From positions 14,793 to 78,792 of the forward strand of contig CALKCX010000003.1 in NCBI GenBank assembly GCA_938083015.1: a stretch of 64,000 nucleotides of DNA, written 5' to 3'. The position numbers were made by a program, and so were the translations under genes. The notes beneath the pieces are model-generated. The model did no database searches. It had not been told where the DNA came from and saw only the letters and a program-made list of their open reading frames with translations. Below, in pieces: positions 1-9,109 of this stretch. Each line of letters opens with the position of its first letter. Position 1 is the stretch's first letter. This DNA is from an uncultured Candidatus Micrarchaeota archaeon. Lineage in GTDB: Archaea > Micrarchaeota > Micrarchaeia > Anstonellales > J096.

Positions 1-994
1 ATGGTAATTGTCTTAACTTAGCTGCAACTGTACCAGGTCTAGGAGTGAATTTCGATAGATTAACTACATCTGGTCTATGATTTTCTATAAATTTAAGTGT
101 TTGTTCAAAATCATCTTCTGTTTCTGTCGGATAACCAACTATGATATCGGTAACTACTGTAAACTCTTCACCGAATTTCTCTCTAAAGGCATTTTTCACA
201 TCTATCCAATCTTTTACAGTATGCGATCTATTCATATCTTTAACTAATTTCTCACTACCTGTTTGTACAGATAGATGAAAAAACTTATATATTCGCTTAT
301 CTTCATAGATCTTCAATAATTCATCTAACATATTTTTAAAATAATGTGGACTAGACATTCCTAATCTTATTCTAAAATCATATGGTAATGACAATACTGT
401 TGATAAAAGCTCGACAAGATTTACATTTATATCTTTACCATAACTTCCAAGATCTGTGCCAGTAAGTTCTAATTCTTTACATCCATCGTAGATTGCTGCG
501 TTTATCCATCTAATTATTTCCCCTATTCCAAGACTTAGATATTTTCTAGCTAGTTTTGTAAAACAAAAATGACAAGCAGATAGACAACCTTGTTGAATAG
601 GAATTCTAGCTATAGGGGGGCTAAATGATTTAGGTATATTTCCTCTTCTATCTAGAGAGTTTATCATAATCTTTTCTCCTTTAAGAGATGCTGCTATGGC
701 CTGATCTATCCTATTAATTGCCGATGTAGAAATGGCCGGTAAATTAAATTTTTCTACAATCTTTTTATTAGCAGTTAAACAACCAGCTAATACTAATTTT
801 TTATTTTGAGATTTTAACTGTTCTAATCTATGTATTATCTTTGCCTCAGTCGGTCCTTTGACTCCACAGCTATTTATTACAATTACATCGGCCTCTTCTT
901 CATTATCAACAACCTGGTGTTCTGTTACTTTCTTCATTATCTCTGTATCAGCTTGATTTAAAGTACAACCATAAGTTTCAAAATACACTTTCAT
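1..994 (-). CDS. MiaB-like radical SAM tRNA methylthiotransferase (archaeal MtaB/CDKAL1 type), partial, runs off the window start
   Basis: Not in the ORF track. Manual translation from ATG 994 gives MKVYFETYGCTLNQADTE...VINSCGVK...LAGCL (UPF0004 Cys triad), CLSACHFC (radical SAM CxxxCxxC), HLSVQTGS and DIIVGYPTET. Confidence 0.92.
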   Translation of the reverse strand, partial: MKVYFETYGCTLNQADTEIMKKVTEHQVVDNEEEADVIVINSCGVKGPTEAKIIHRLEQLKSQNKKLVLAGCLTANKKIVEKFNLPAISTSAINRIDQAIAASLKGEKIMINSLDRRGNIPKSFSPPIARIPIQQGCLSACHFCFTKLARKYLSLGIGEIIRWINAAIYDGCKELELTGTDLGSYGKDINVNLVELLSTVLSLPYDFRIRLGMSSPHYFKNMLDELLKIYEDKRIYKFFHLSVQTGSEKLVKDMNRSHTVKDWIDVKNAFREKFGEEFTVVTDIIVGYPTETEDDFEQTLKFIENHRPDVVNLSKFTPRPGTVAAKLRQLP

Positions 995-1016
995 ACTTAA
1001 AACATAGTAAACGTTT

Positions 1017-1022
1017 TTTAAA
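1017..1022. promoter_or_regulatory. Palindromic TATA box shared by divergent methylthiotransferase and antiporter genes
   Basis: TTTAAA lies 28 nt from ATG 994 (-) and 28 nt from ATG 1045 (+). Confidence 0.6.
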
Positions 1023-1044
1023 CTTTTATATAAATACTATTCAA

Positions 1045-2055
1045 ATGAAACTTTTAATTACTTTATCTCTTATGGGGTTTTCTATATTAATGCTTTTTCT
1101 AGCTTATTTAATTAATTCTCAATTAATAGTCATACCTTTGTTTTTACTATCTTTATCTGGATTAGTATTTACTGCTGACTTATTTGTAGATAAAGCTGCA
1201 AAGATTGGAAAATCCCTAGGCCTATCTAATTATCTTATAGGAGTATTTCTAATAGGATTCGGTACATCTACTCCTGAATTAGTAACATCAATTATAGCTT
1301 CGTTTAAAGGTAATTTTGAAATAGCTTATTTCAATGTTGTAGGATCAAATATAGCTAATATACTGTTAATACTAGCTATAACAATACTAATTATGAATAG
1401 TATTAAAGTAATTGTACAGACTAATCTACTTAGAACTGAAAGTCTATATTTATTTGCAAGTGCAATAATACCTATATTGCTGTTTTTAAAAATACCAACT
1501 CCTTCAATAGTTGGCATAATACCTATTATGATATTTTCCGTATATTTATATATAAACATCAAACATCAAGAGAATAATGATGGAAAAACTCAAACTTCTT
1601 ACACAGATTATATAATATTTTTCTTAAGTCTAATCGGTATTGTTATTACATCTGATTTTACTATAAATTATCTTAAACAGACTGCCCAAATATTAAATGT
1701 TGGCGTAGATATTATATCAATATTGGCACTAGCTGTAGGTACTTCAATACCCGAATTAGTTAGTTCAATTATATTAATTAGAAAGAACCCTGATAATATA
1801 GAAATAGCTGTCGGTAATATAATAGGTAGTAATATATTTAATTCTCTTATGATACTCGGTGTTGGAATGCTATCTTCGTATATGGCCGGTTATGAAAATA
1901 TAGATATAAAATCTAGTATAATAGACGTAAGTTGGTGGTTTCTTATTGTATCTACATTTGCCCTTATTCTGATCTATTTAGATAAAGAAATATACAAAGA
2001 AGATGGAATGATATTACTAATTTTATACATTGTGTTTTTGACGATGATAATATAG
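1045..2055 (+). CDS. Calcium/sodium (cation:Ca2+) antiporter, YrbG/NCX family
   Basis: Many TM helices; two alpha-repeats GFGTSTPE...VVGSNIAN and AVGTSIPE...IIGSNIFN. Confidence 0.92.
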   Translation: MKLLITLSLMGFSILMLFLAYLINSQLIVIPLFLLSLSGLVFTADLFVDKAAKIGKSLGLSNYLIGVFLIGFGTSTPELVTSIIASFKGNFEIAYFNVVGSNIANILLILAITILIMNSIKVIVQTNLLRTESLYLFASAIIPILLFLKIPTPSIVGIIPIMIFSVYLYINIKHQENNDGKTQTSYTDYIIFFLSLIGIVITSDFTINYLKQTAQILNVGVDIISILALAVGTSIPELVSSIILIRKNPDNIEIAVGNIIGSNIFNSLMILGVGMLSSYMAGYENIDIKSSIIDVSWWFLIVSTFALILIYLDKEIYKEDGMILLILYIVFLTMII

Positions 2056-2096
2056 AAAAATATTTAAAAGTATACTTATGATAAAAATAGATCCCT

Positions 2097-2459
2097 ATGA
2101 AACATATAACATTTGAGAATCCCCTATGGTATCAGACTGTAAGATTATTGAAGAAGATGAAAAAACCATTCTGGAAAAGAGTATTAGAATTAGTAGATAG
2201 AAGTAGAAGATCTAGAATAGAAGTGAATATTTCTAAGATAAATAAATACGGTAAAGAGGGCAAAGTAATAGTTATACCAGGTAAATTACTAGGAGGTGAG
2301 ACTTTAAAACATAGGATAAAAATAATAGCTGTAGATGCTAGTAAAAAAGTTATAGATGAAATAAAATTAGCTGGTGGAGAATTCGTGTATTTAAGAGATT
2401 ATTTAAAAAATACTCCTGAAGATAATATAAAATACGCGGATATGATGATAATTAGGTGA
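2097..2459 (+). CDS. rpl18e: 50S ribosomal protein L18e
   Basis: FWKRV...RRSRIEVNISKINKY...VIPGKLLG; precedes L13-S9. Confidence 0.92.
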   Translation: MKHITFENPLWYQTVRLLKKMKKPFWKRVLELVDRSRRSRIEVNISKINKYGKEGKVIVIPGKLLGGETLKHRIKIIAVDASKKVIDEIKLAGGEFVYLRDYLKNTPEDNIKYADMMIIR

Positions 2460-2463
2460 GAGA

Positions 2464-2883
2464 ATGAAGATAATAGATGCTACTGATCTTGTATTTGGAA
2501 GAGCTGCTTCTGTAATAGCTAAGATGTTATTAAAAGGAGAAGAGGTAACGGTAATCAATGCAGAAAAATTCGTATTGAATGGCAATCCTAATTACATATT
2601 GGAAAAATTTAAAACTAGAAGATCGTGGAAAAATAAGGCCAATCCAGAGAGGTCTCCACATTATTCAAGAGTTCCACATCTTTTAGTAAAGAGAATGATT
2701 AGGGGAATGTTACCAAGGAAGACTTTTACAGGTAGACAAGCTTATAGAAGATTGATGGTATATACTGGTAATCCAGAGAATTTACAAGGACAATCATTAG
2801 AAGATATGAAGATAAAAGATAAGGGAAAACCACATATTTATATATATGATTTATGTAAGAGATTGGGGTGGAAAGATGAGTAA
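2464..2883 (+). CDS. rpl13: 50S ribosomal protein L13
   Basis: IIDATDLVFGRAAS, VINAEK, KRMIRGMLP; GGTGA Shine-Dalgarno (SD) upstream. Confidence 0.96.
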   Translation: MKIIDATDLVFGRAASVIAKMLLKGEEVTVINAEKFVLNGNPNYILEKFKTRRSWKNKANPERSPHYSRVPHLLVKRMIRGMLPRKTFTGRQAYRRLMVYTGNPENLQGQSLEDMKIKDKGKPHIYIYDLCKRLGWKDE

Positions 2884-3304
2884 AACTAAGAGAAAGACTA
2901 AGAAAAAAGATATTAAGATAATTGCAAGTAGGGGGAAGAGAAAAAGAGCTATAGCTAGAGTATTCGTTAAAACTAAGGGAAAAGGTAATATAAAGATCAA
3001 TGGAGTTGATTGGAAAGTTTACTTCAATGCTCCATTTTATCAAGCTTATTTTAACAGTATAATCAATAGAGCTGAAAAATTGATAAAAAATTTAGATATT
3101 GATGTAAATGTAAATGGTGGAGGGATAGTTGGACAATTACAGGCAGTAACAACTGGTATAGCAAGGGCATTGATACAATTAGATTATGAATTAAAAGGTA
3201 AGGTATTTGAAGATAGTATATTAAAAGAAGATATTCGAAGAGTAGAACCTAAGAAAGATAGACGAAGAAAGGCAAGAGCTAAATTCCAGAAATCATATAG
3301 GTGA
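2876..3304 (+). CDS. rps9: 30S ribosomal protein S9
   Basis: GKRKRAIAR, VNGGGIVGQ, C-terminal ARAKFQKSYR; start moved to ATG 2876 after a GGGGTG SD. Confidence 0.96.
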   Translation: MSKTKRKTKKKDIKIIASRGKRKRAIARVFVKTKGKGNIKINGVDWKVYFNAPFYQAYFNSIINRAEKLIKNLDIDVNVNGGGIVGQLQAVTTGIARALIQLDYELKGKVFEDSILKEDIRRVEPKKDRRRKARAKFQKSYR

Positions 3305-3308
3305 GTTT

Positions 3309-3521
3309 ATGAACAAATTCCCTATAAGATGTTTTACATGTGGTAAAGTAATAGGCCATCTTTATAAAGAGTATTCTTACAGAATAGCTAAAGGAGAAGA
3401 TAGGGGAAAAGTTTTAGATGATCTTGGTATAACAAGGTATTGTTGTAGAAGACACTTTTTAGGATTTGAAAATGTTGCCGATGATACTATATTGGTAAAC
3501 GAGTATGTTACTGATGTTTAG
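3309..3521 (+). CDS. rpoN: RNA polymerase subunit Rpo10 (N)
   Basis: PIRCFTCGKVIG...LDDLGITRYCCRR. Confidence 0.97.
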   Translation: MNKFPIRCFTCGKVIGHLYKEYSYRIAKGEDRGKVLDDLGITRYCCRRHFLGFENVADDTILVNEYVTDV

Positions 3522-3531
3522 GTGAATTGAT

Positions 3532-4125
3532 ATGCTAGTAAGTGAAGAAGTGTATATTGAACACGCTGTCCACATAGGAGGTGCTCAAAAATTAGGCCAT
3601 ATTAATCCTTTTATTGCTAAGAGAAGAAAAGACGGTGTTTACATATTAGATATAGAAAAAATAGATGAGGCATTAAAAAGAGTAATAAATAGAATAGCTT
3701 CAATAGAACCTTCTAAACTTTTAATATTGCCTTCAAGATACTATGGTAAGATAGCTGCTAGTAAATTCTCTAAACTATTCCCAGAGGTCAAATTGATTAC
3801 AGATAGATACATACCTGGCTCTCTAACTAATCCAAATGTACAATATTATATTGAACCAGATCTAATATTGGTATGCGATCCTAATAGTGAAGGAGTTGCT
3901 ATAAAAGATGCTAACAGAATAGGAATACCTGTAATTGGTCTAGTTGATACAGATACTGTAATAGATGGACTTGAAGATTTTGTACCTATGAATAACAGAG
4001 GTAGAAAGAGTTTAGCATTATTCTTCTGGTTATTAGCCAGAGAGATGTATATGAAACAAGGTAGAATAAAATCTTATGATGAATTTAAAATACCAATAAG
4101 TTATTTTGAAAAGCTTGAAGATTAA
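3532..4125 (+). CDS. rps2: 30S ribosomal protein S2
   Basis: VHIGG, RYIPGSLTNP, IPVIGLVDTD, PMNNRGRKSLAL. Confidence 0.96.
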   Translation: MLVSEEVYIEHAVHIGGAQKLGHINPFIAKRRKDGVYILDIEKIDEALKRVINRIASIEPSKLLILPSRYYGKIAASKFSKLFPEVKLITDRYIPGSLTNPNVQYYIEPDLILVCDPNSEGVAIKDANRIGIPVIGLVDTDTVIDGLEDFVPMNNRGRKSLALFFWLLAREMYMKQGRIKSYDEFKIPISYFEKLED

Positions 4126-4130
4126 TATTT

Positions 4131-5969
4131 ATGCTATTTGAAGAGATAAAAGATGAATTAAAAACTTTAATTGGAGATAAGTTTAAGATAAAGGATTACA
4201 TTACAGGAATATATGTGTATTTAGACGAATTTAAAGAGATCGATCAAAATAAATTGATAGAGATAATAAAGCGATATAAAAAGAGAATATTTATAAGATT
4301 CTCAAATAGATTACAGCAAGACGTTACAGATAAGATGATAAGAGAGATGTTGAAGACAATTCAAATAGATGATATTTTATTTTCAAATGTATTTGGTGAA
4401 GTTTATATTAAAGTCAAATATCTAAACATATCCGAATTGATTGAAAAATATGGAAAAAATATATTTTTATCAACAGGCTGGTATCCTATATTTGAAAGAT
4501 CTCCAAGTATAGATTCAGATTTTGCTAAGAGTATGTTTAAGAATAAATATGGAAGAGATGTTGAAAAGATGTTAAAAAGAGTAGGTACTAAGATGGCAGA
4601 ACGTATAGATTCAATATCTTATGTAACATTGACGATGTTAGGAGGATTTCAAGAAGTTGGTAGAACTAGTATGCTTTTAGAGACAAAACATTCTAAATTC
4701 TTATTAGATGCTGGAATTCATCCTGCTCCCCCAAGTCCCCAAGATGAATTACCTATGTTTGAACTATTAGGTTCTTTAAACGATCTAGACGGTATAATAG
4801 TTTCACATGCCCATACTGATCACGTAGCTGCTATTCCATATTTATATAAAATGGGCTATGATGGCCCAATATATATGACACCTCCTACTCTCGAATTGGC
4901 CGTATTATTACAAATGGATTATCTAAATCTAGCTGAAAAAGGAGACAATAGAGATTTTCTATACTCTATTAAGGATATAAAAAATATGTTAGATCATGCT
5001 ATATTACTTGATTATGGACAGACTACGGATGTATCTAAAGATGTAAAATTAACTTTTTACAATGCTGGCCATATCTTAGGCAGTGCATCGATACATTTAA
5101 ATATAGCTGATAAGTTTGTAATGATATATTCTGGTGATATAAAATACGGTCCTACGCAATTGTTTGACCCTGCTTATGATAAATACCCTATAGCTAATAC
5201 ATTAATAGTAGAATCTACATACGGTAACAAAGTATTACCATCTAGAGATCAAGCAGAAAGTATACTTATAAATAAGATTAAAGAAGTATTAGATAGAAAG
5301 GGCAAAGTATTAATACCTGCATTTGCAATAGGTAGAAGTCAAGAGATAATGGTCACATTATATAGATATGCTAATCAAGATTGGAATATTCCAATATATA
5401 TAGATGGAATGATAAAAGAGGCCTCATCTTTACATAGTCAATATTTAGAATATCTTCACGAAGATATACGTCGAATGATCTTAGATAATAGGTCGCCTTT
5501 TGAATGGGAATACTTGAAGGTCGTAAATGGTAAATCAAAAGATGAAATTGTAAAAGAACCATGTATTATTATAGCTACTGCAGGTATGATGAATGGGGGC
5601 CCTATATTAGAATATTTAAAGATGCTAGCTGATGATGAAAAATCTGCTTTAATATTTGTAGGTTATCAATCTCCTGGAACCTTGGGAAATAGAATACAAG
5701 GAGGAAGTAGGAAGGTATTGCTAAAAGATAATGGTGATTATAAAGAATATGATTTAAAACTAGAAGTAATGACAATCGAAGGATTTTCTGGGCATAGTGA
5801 TATGAATCAACTTTTAGAATGGATAAAATCTATAAAAAATCCTCCTAGAAAAGTTTATACTATGCATGGAGATGCGAATACTACTATAGAGTTTGCCAGA
5901 ACTATAAAGCAATTATTGAAGATTAATACAGATGCTCCTTTAAATATGGAGAGAAGAAGATTAAGATGA
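4131..5969 (+). CDS. fttA: Beta-CASP ribonuclease aCPSF1 / transcription termination factor FttA
   Basis: N-terminal KH-like region, LGGFQEVGRTS, SHAHTDH, AGHILGSA, ESTYG, GFSGHSD, HGD. Confidence 0.93.
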   Translation: MLFEEIKDELKTLIGDKFKIKDYITGIYVYLDEFKEIDQNKLIEIIKRYKKRIFIRFSNRLQQDVTDKMIREMLKTIQIDDILFSNVFGEVYIKVKYLNISELIEKYGKNIFLSTGWYPIFERSPSIDSDFAKSMFKNKYGRDVEKMLKRVGTKMAERIDSISYVTLTMLGGFQEVGRTSMLLETKHSKFLLDAGIHPAPPSPQDELPMFELLGSLNDLDGIIVSHAHTDHVAAIPYLYKMGYDGPIYMTPPTLELAVLLQMDYLNLAEKGDNRDFLYSIKDIKNMLDHAILLDYGQTTDVSKDVKLTFYNAGHILGSASIHLNIADKFVMIYSGDIKYGPTQLFDPAYDKYPIANTLIVESTYGNKVLPSRDQAESILINKIKEVLDRKGKVLIPAFAIGRSQEIMVTLYRYANQDWNIPIYIDGMIKEASSLHSQYLEYLHEDIRRMILDNRSPFEWEYLKVVNGKSKDEIVKEPCIIIATAGMMNGGPILEYLKMLADDEKSALIFVGYQSPGTLGNRIQGGSRKVLLKDNGDYKEYDLKLEVMTIEGFSGHSDMNQLLEWIKSIKNPPRKVYTMHGDANTTIEFARTIKQLLKINTDAPLNMERRRLR

Positions 5970-6694
5970 AACCTTTAATTATATACAGCTCAAAGAACAT
6001 CGCTAGTAAAACTCTAGCAGAACAATTAGATGGTAATATAGATAGTTTAGATGTTAACGACGATATTGTTAGATTTGATCCACCTAAAACTAACCACGAT
6101 TATTATATAGTTTTAAGTTCACACACATCCAGTTCAGGCATACCTAGTGCAACTGTACATGTACCTGGTAATTGGGGAAAAGCAGAATTGGGGGGAGAAG
6201 ATAGTAAATTATCGATAAGTTATCCGTCAAAGATGTTAGAAATATTGAAAGGTTATTCTTTATTAGGAGATAGATATGAAATAACGTTTGAAGTAGATCA
6301 TCACGGTCCTACATTTGATAAACCTGTAATGTTTGTCGAACTAGGTAGTGATGAAAGGGGATGGAAAGATAAAGAAGCCGCTAAGATAATTGTAAAATCG
6401 GTATTAAATGCTATAGATAAAAATGATCAATACGATGTGTATTTTGGTATAGACGGTACGCATTATGTGCCGAAACTAACTAAGTATGCTTTAGAAAACA
6501 ATGTTACATATTCACATCTATTAGCTAGATATCAAGAAGAAGGATTTAGAGAAGAGATGTTTATACAGGCCATAGAAAAAACAATAGAAACAGTAGATGG
6601 TATATTATTGGCCAAAAAAGGAGTAGATGGGAAGAAGAAAGAGTTTGTAAAAAAATTTGCAGAAAAATACGGAATAGAATTAAAAGTTATCTAA
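5966..6694 (+). CDS. dtdA: D-aminoacyl-tRNA deacylase (archaeal DTD2)
   Basis: SSHTSSSG, TVHVPGN, FEVDHHGPT, FVELGS, GTHY. Confidence 0.9.
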   Translation: MKPLIIYSSKNIASKTLAEQLDGNIDSLDVNDDIVRFDPPKTNHDYYIVLSSHTSSSGIPSATVHVPGNWGKAELGGEDSKLSISYPSKMLEILKGYSLLGDRYEITFEVDHHGPTFDKPVMFVELGSDERGWKDKEAAKIIVKSVLNAIDKNDQYDVYFGIDGTHYVPKLTKYALENNVTYSHLLARYQEEGFREEMFIQAIEKTIETVDGILLAKKGVDGKKKEFVKKFAEKYGIELKVI

Positions 6695-8643
6695 TTGCTT
6701 ACTAAAGAATAAGCTCCATCTTCTCCAGTTCTAGATTCATATATTTCTCCTTGATTTTTTAATTTAGTCAATATCTCTTCTAATTCTCTTTCATCAATAT
6801 CTAACTCTTTAGCTCTTTCTCTTATCTTTCTTTTATAAGCTATTCCATCGGTATGGACCAATTCACTAATTATATCTAACACTAGGTTTATCTTTTCCAT
6901 CTTACTACGCGTCACTCCCCCTGTAACTATATCTACACTTATCTCTCCTGTTTCTGGATCTCTCATAACAGTATCTATCATCTTACTTACAAGATCTGTA
7001 CTTATCTCTACATCTTCTCTCTCTACTCTATTAGAAAGTCTAAACTTAGCATGAGCTTCTGCTAATCTTATCAGACCTTCTAAATATCTTGGAGTAATTG
7101 TAACATTACCACTAGACGCTCCTTTCCTTCTCATATCTACATAAAAATCCTGTATTAGTTTTACTGCTTCATCTGTAAGTTCAGGTGCGTGTTTTCTAGC
7201 ATAACTTATATATTTTCTAAGCAAATTCCTATCAGGTTCTAGATTTCCATATTCTTTATGAAGAGATAGTATTGCTCTTGCCAATCTCTCATCTTTTTCC
7301 TCGTTTACAGTATCGACTATCGGGAATATTAAATCAAATCTACTTAATAAAGCTGGTGGTATATTGAATTGATCTACTATTTTCTTTCTAATACTAAATC
7401 TACCGAATTTAGGATTGGCAGCTGCTAATATTGTAGTATCGGCCATTAACTTTGCAACAATACCTGCTTTAGCTATTGACACAGTACCAGATTCCATTAC
7501 TTCGTGTAAAGCACTTTTTTCATCATCATCTAATTTATCAAATTCATCTATAGTCACCATACCTCCAGATGCTAATACTACTGCTCCTGCTTTAAGAGTC
7601 CACCCTACGTATTCATCTTTTTCTACAGTAGCTGTTAATCCTACACCTGATGCTGATTTACCACTAACATAGATTGCCTTAGGAGATATTGAAGCTACTT
7701 GTTGAAGAATTCTGGATTTAGCTATACCAGGATCACCGATTAATAAAATATGTATATTAGATCTAAGTCTTGTACCTGCTTTAGTTACTTTTTTATTTCC
7801 TCCAATTAGTTGTAATACAATTGCCTTTTTTATATCTTCATACCCATATATATCTGGGAATACCATATTTGCGAATTTATCAAGAGCATTATGTTGTTTA
7901 CTCAATCTCTCTATTTCTTCTTTGTCCTTATCAGTAAGATTTATAGAGTTAAAATCTACTTGAGTTTTTCTTATACCTTTTATATATACGAGTTTTGATA
8001 ATCTATTTTCCTTAATATGATTCTGAACAAGACTTAATATACCTGTTATTTCAACTACTTCACCAGGCAATATCGAGTTTATAAAAGTACCTGTAAGAAT
8101 ACATTTTATCTTAGGAGCTGGTACACCAGGTTCTGTTCTTTCTATAGGTTCTTGCACATCTAAGTATTGTATATCTTTCTTAGTCGAATCTATAAGATCT
8201 ATCTTTTTACTATTGCAATAAGGACATTTAGAAGGGAATTTTTGATTAGCTGTTATCATAAAAGTCCGATTACAGCTTTTACACATATAATTGTTTATAT
8301 GAACTATTGGTTCTATCTCTGATCTTCTAACTACTAATCCATAAAATGAAATTAACTTATTTTCATATTTACTACCTATGTCTTTTATCATTATAGGTGG
8401 TAACATTCCTGTAACTCTTATATCTATCTCTCTTCCCTCTAATCCTAATGTTATAAATCTTTCATAAATCTTGGATTTTAATGTATCTAAAAATTGATTT
8501 GGACTATTCTTAAGAGTCTCTGCCAATATTTGATCAAATGATAATAATTCGCTATAATCAATTTCTAGTATTCCTGTAGAGTATACTTGATAAATATCAA
8601 TTTTATTATTTATATAAAGATCTAATGAATCGATGTTTATCAT
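6691..8643 (-). CDS. mcm: Replicative helicase MCM
   Basis: C4 Zn finger, GDPGIAKS Walker A, IDEFDK Walker B, SRFD arginine finger, C-terminal wHTH. Confidence 0.97.
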   Translation of the reverse strand: MINIDSLDLYINNKIDIYQVYSTGILEIDYSELLSFDQILAETLKNSPNQFLDTLKSKIYERFITLGLEGREIDIRVTGMLPPIMIKDIGSKYENKLISFYGLVVRRSEIEPIVHINNYMCKSCNRTFMITANQKFPSKCPYCNSKKIDLIDSTKKDIQYLDVQEPIERTEPGVPAPKIKCILTGTFINSILPGEVVEITGILSLVQNHIKENRLSKLVYIKGIRKTQVDFNSINLTDKDKEEIERLSKQHNALDKFANMVFPDIYGYEDIKKAIVLQLIGGNKKVTKAGTRLRSNIHILLIGDPGIAKSRILQQVASISPKAIYVSGKSASGVGLTATVEKDEYVGWTLKAGAVVLASGGMVTIDEFDKLDDDEKSALHEVMESGTVSIAKAGIVAKLMADTTILAAANPKFGRFSIRKKIVDQFNIPPALLSRFDLIFPIVDTVNEEKDERLARAILSLHKEYGNLEPDRNLLRKYISYARKHAPELTDEAVKLIQDFYVDMRRKGASSGNVTITPRYLEGLIRLAEAHAKFRLSNRVEREDVEISTDLVSKMIDTVMRDPETGEISVDIVTGGVTRSKMEKINLVLDIISELVHTDGIAYKRKIRERAKELDIDERELEEILTKLKNQGEIYESRTGEDGAYSLVSN

Positions 8644-8667
8644 AATCTTTTAATATTTTGAAAGTTT

Positions 8668-8982
8668 TTAAACAGTTCTTGATATTCTAAAAAACAAAAG
8701 TATTATTAACATTAGTATTATCAATATTATTGAATATTTTAACAGCATCTTAAGTTCTTTATCCATATCTTTAATCTCTGGTCTCTTAGGAGGTCTAATA
8801 GGTATAGGTTTCTCTCTTTCCATAGTTGTTTTCTGAGCAATATAAGGTTCACACTTATGGCCATAAGTATATTCATCTATCGTAGGAGTAATATGTCTAG
8901 AACAATACCATTTATTACAATATGGACATTGATATTCGCCTTCTAATCCACATTTTTCACAAGTTTTTTCTAAATCTTCCAC
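8668..8982 (-). CDS. AN1-type zinc finger protein with C-terminal membrane anchor
   Basis: CEKC...CPYCNKWYCSRH...HKC followed by hydrophobic SIILIILMLIILLFF; GTG start. Confidence 0.7.
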   Translation of the reverse strand: MEDLEKTCEKCGLEGEYQCPYCNKWYCSRHITPTIDEYTYGHKCEPYIAQKTTMEREKPIPIRPPKRPEIKDMDKELKMLLKYSIILIILMLIILLFFRISRTV

Positions 8983-9011
8983 ATTGTATATATTGAAAAT
9001 ATTTTTAAAAA

Positions 9012-9061
9012 TCAGAGCTCCAGTTTGTCATCATCAAATCAGCAAACCTGTGTATCATCCC
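9012..9061 (-). ncRNA. C/D-box 2'-O-methylation guide sRNA
   Basis: Minus strand reads GGGATGA (C) - TACACAGGTTTG - CTGA (D') - TTTG - ATGATGA (C') - CAAACTGGAGCT - CTGA (D); two 12-nt guides; intergenic. Confidence 0.82.
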
Positions 9062-9109
9062 TTTTTATAAATAATTAATCTTTTAAAAAATCTAACTCTA
9101 ATATATAGC

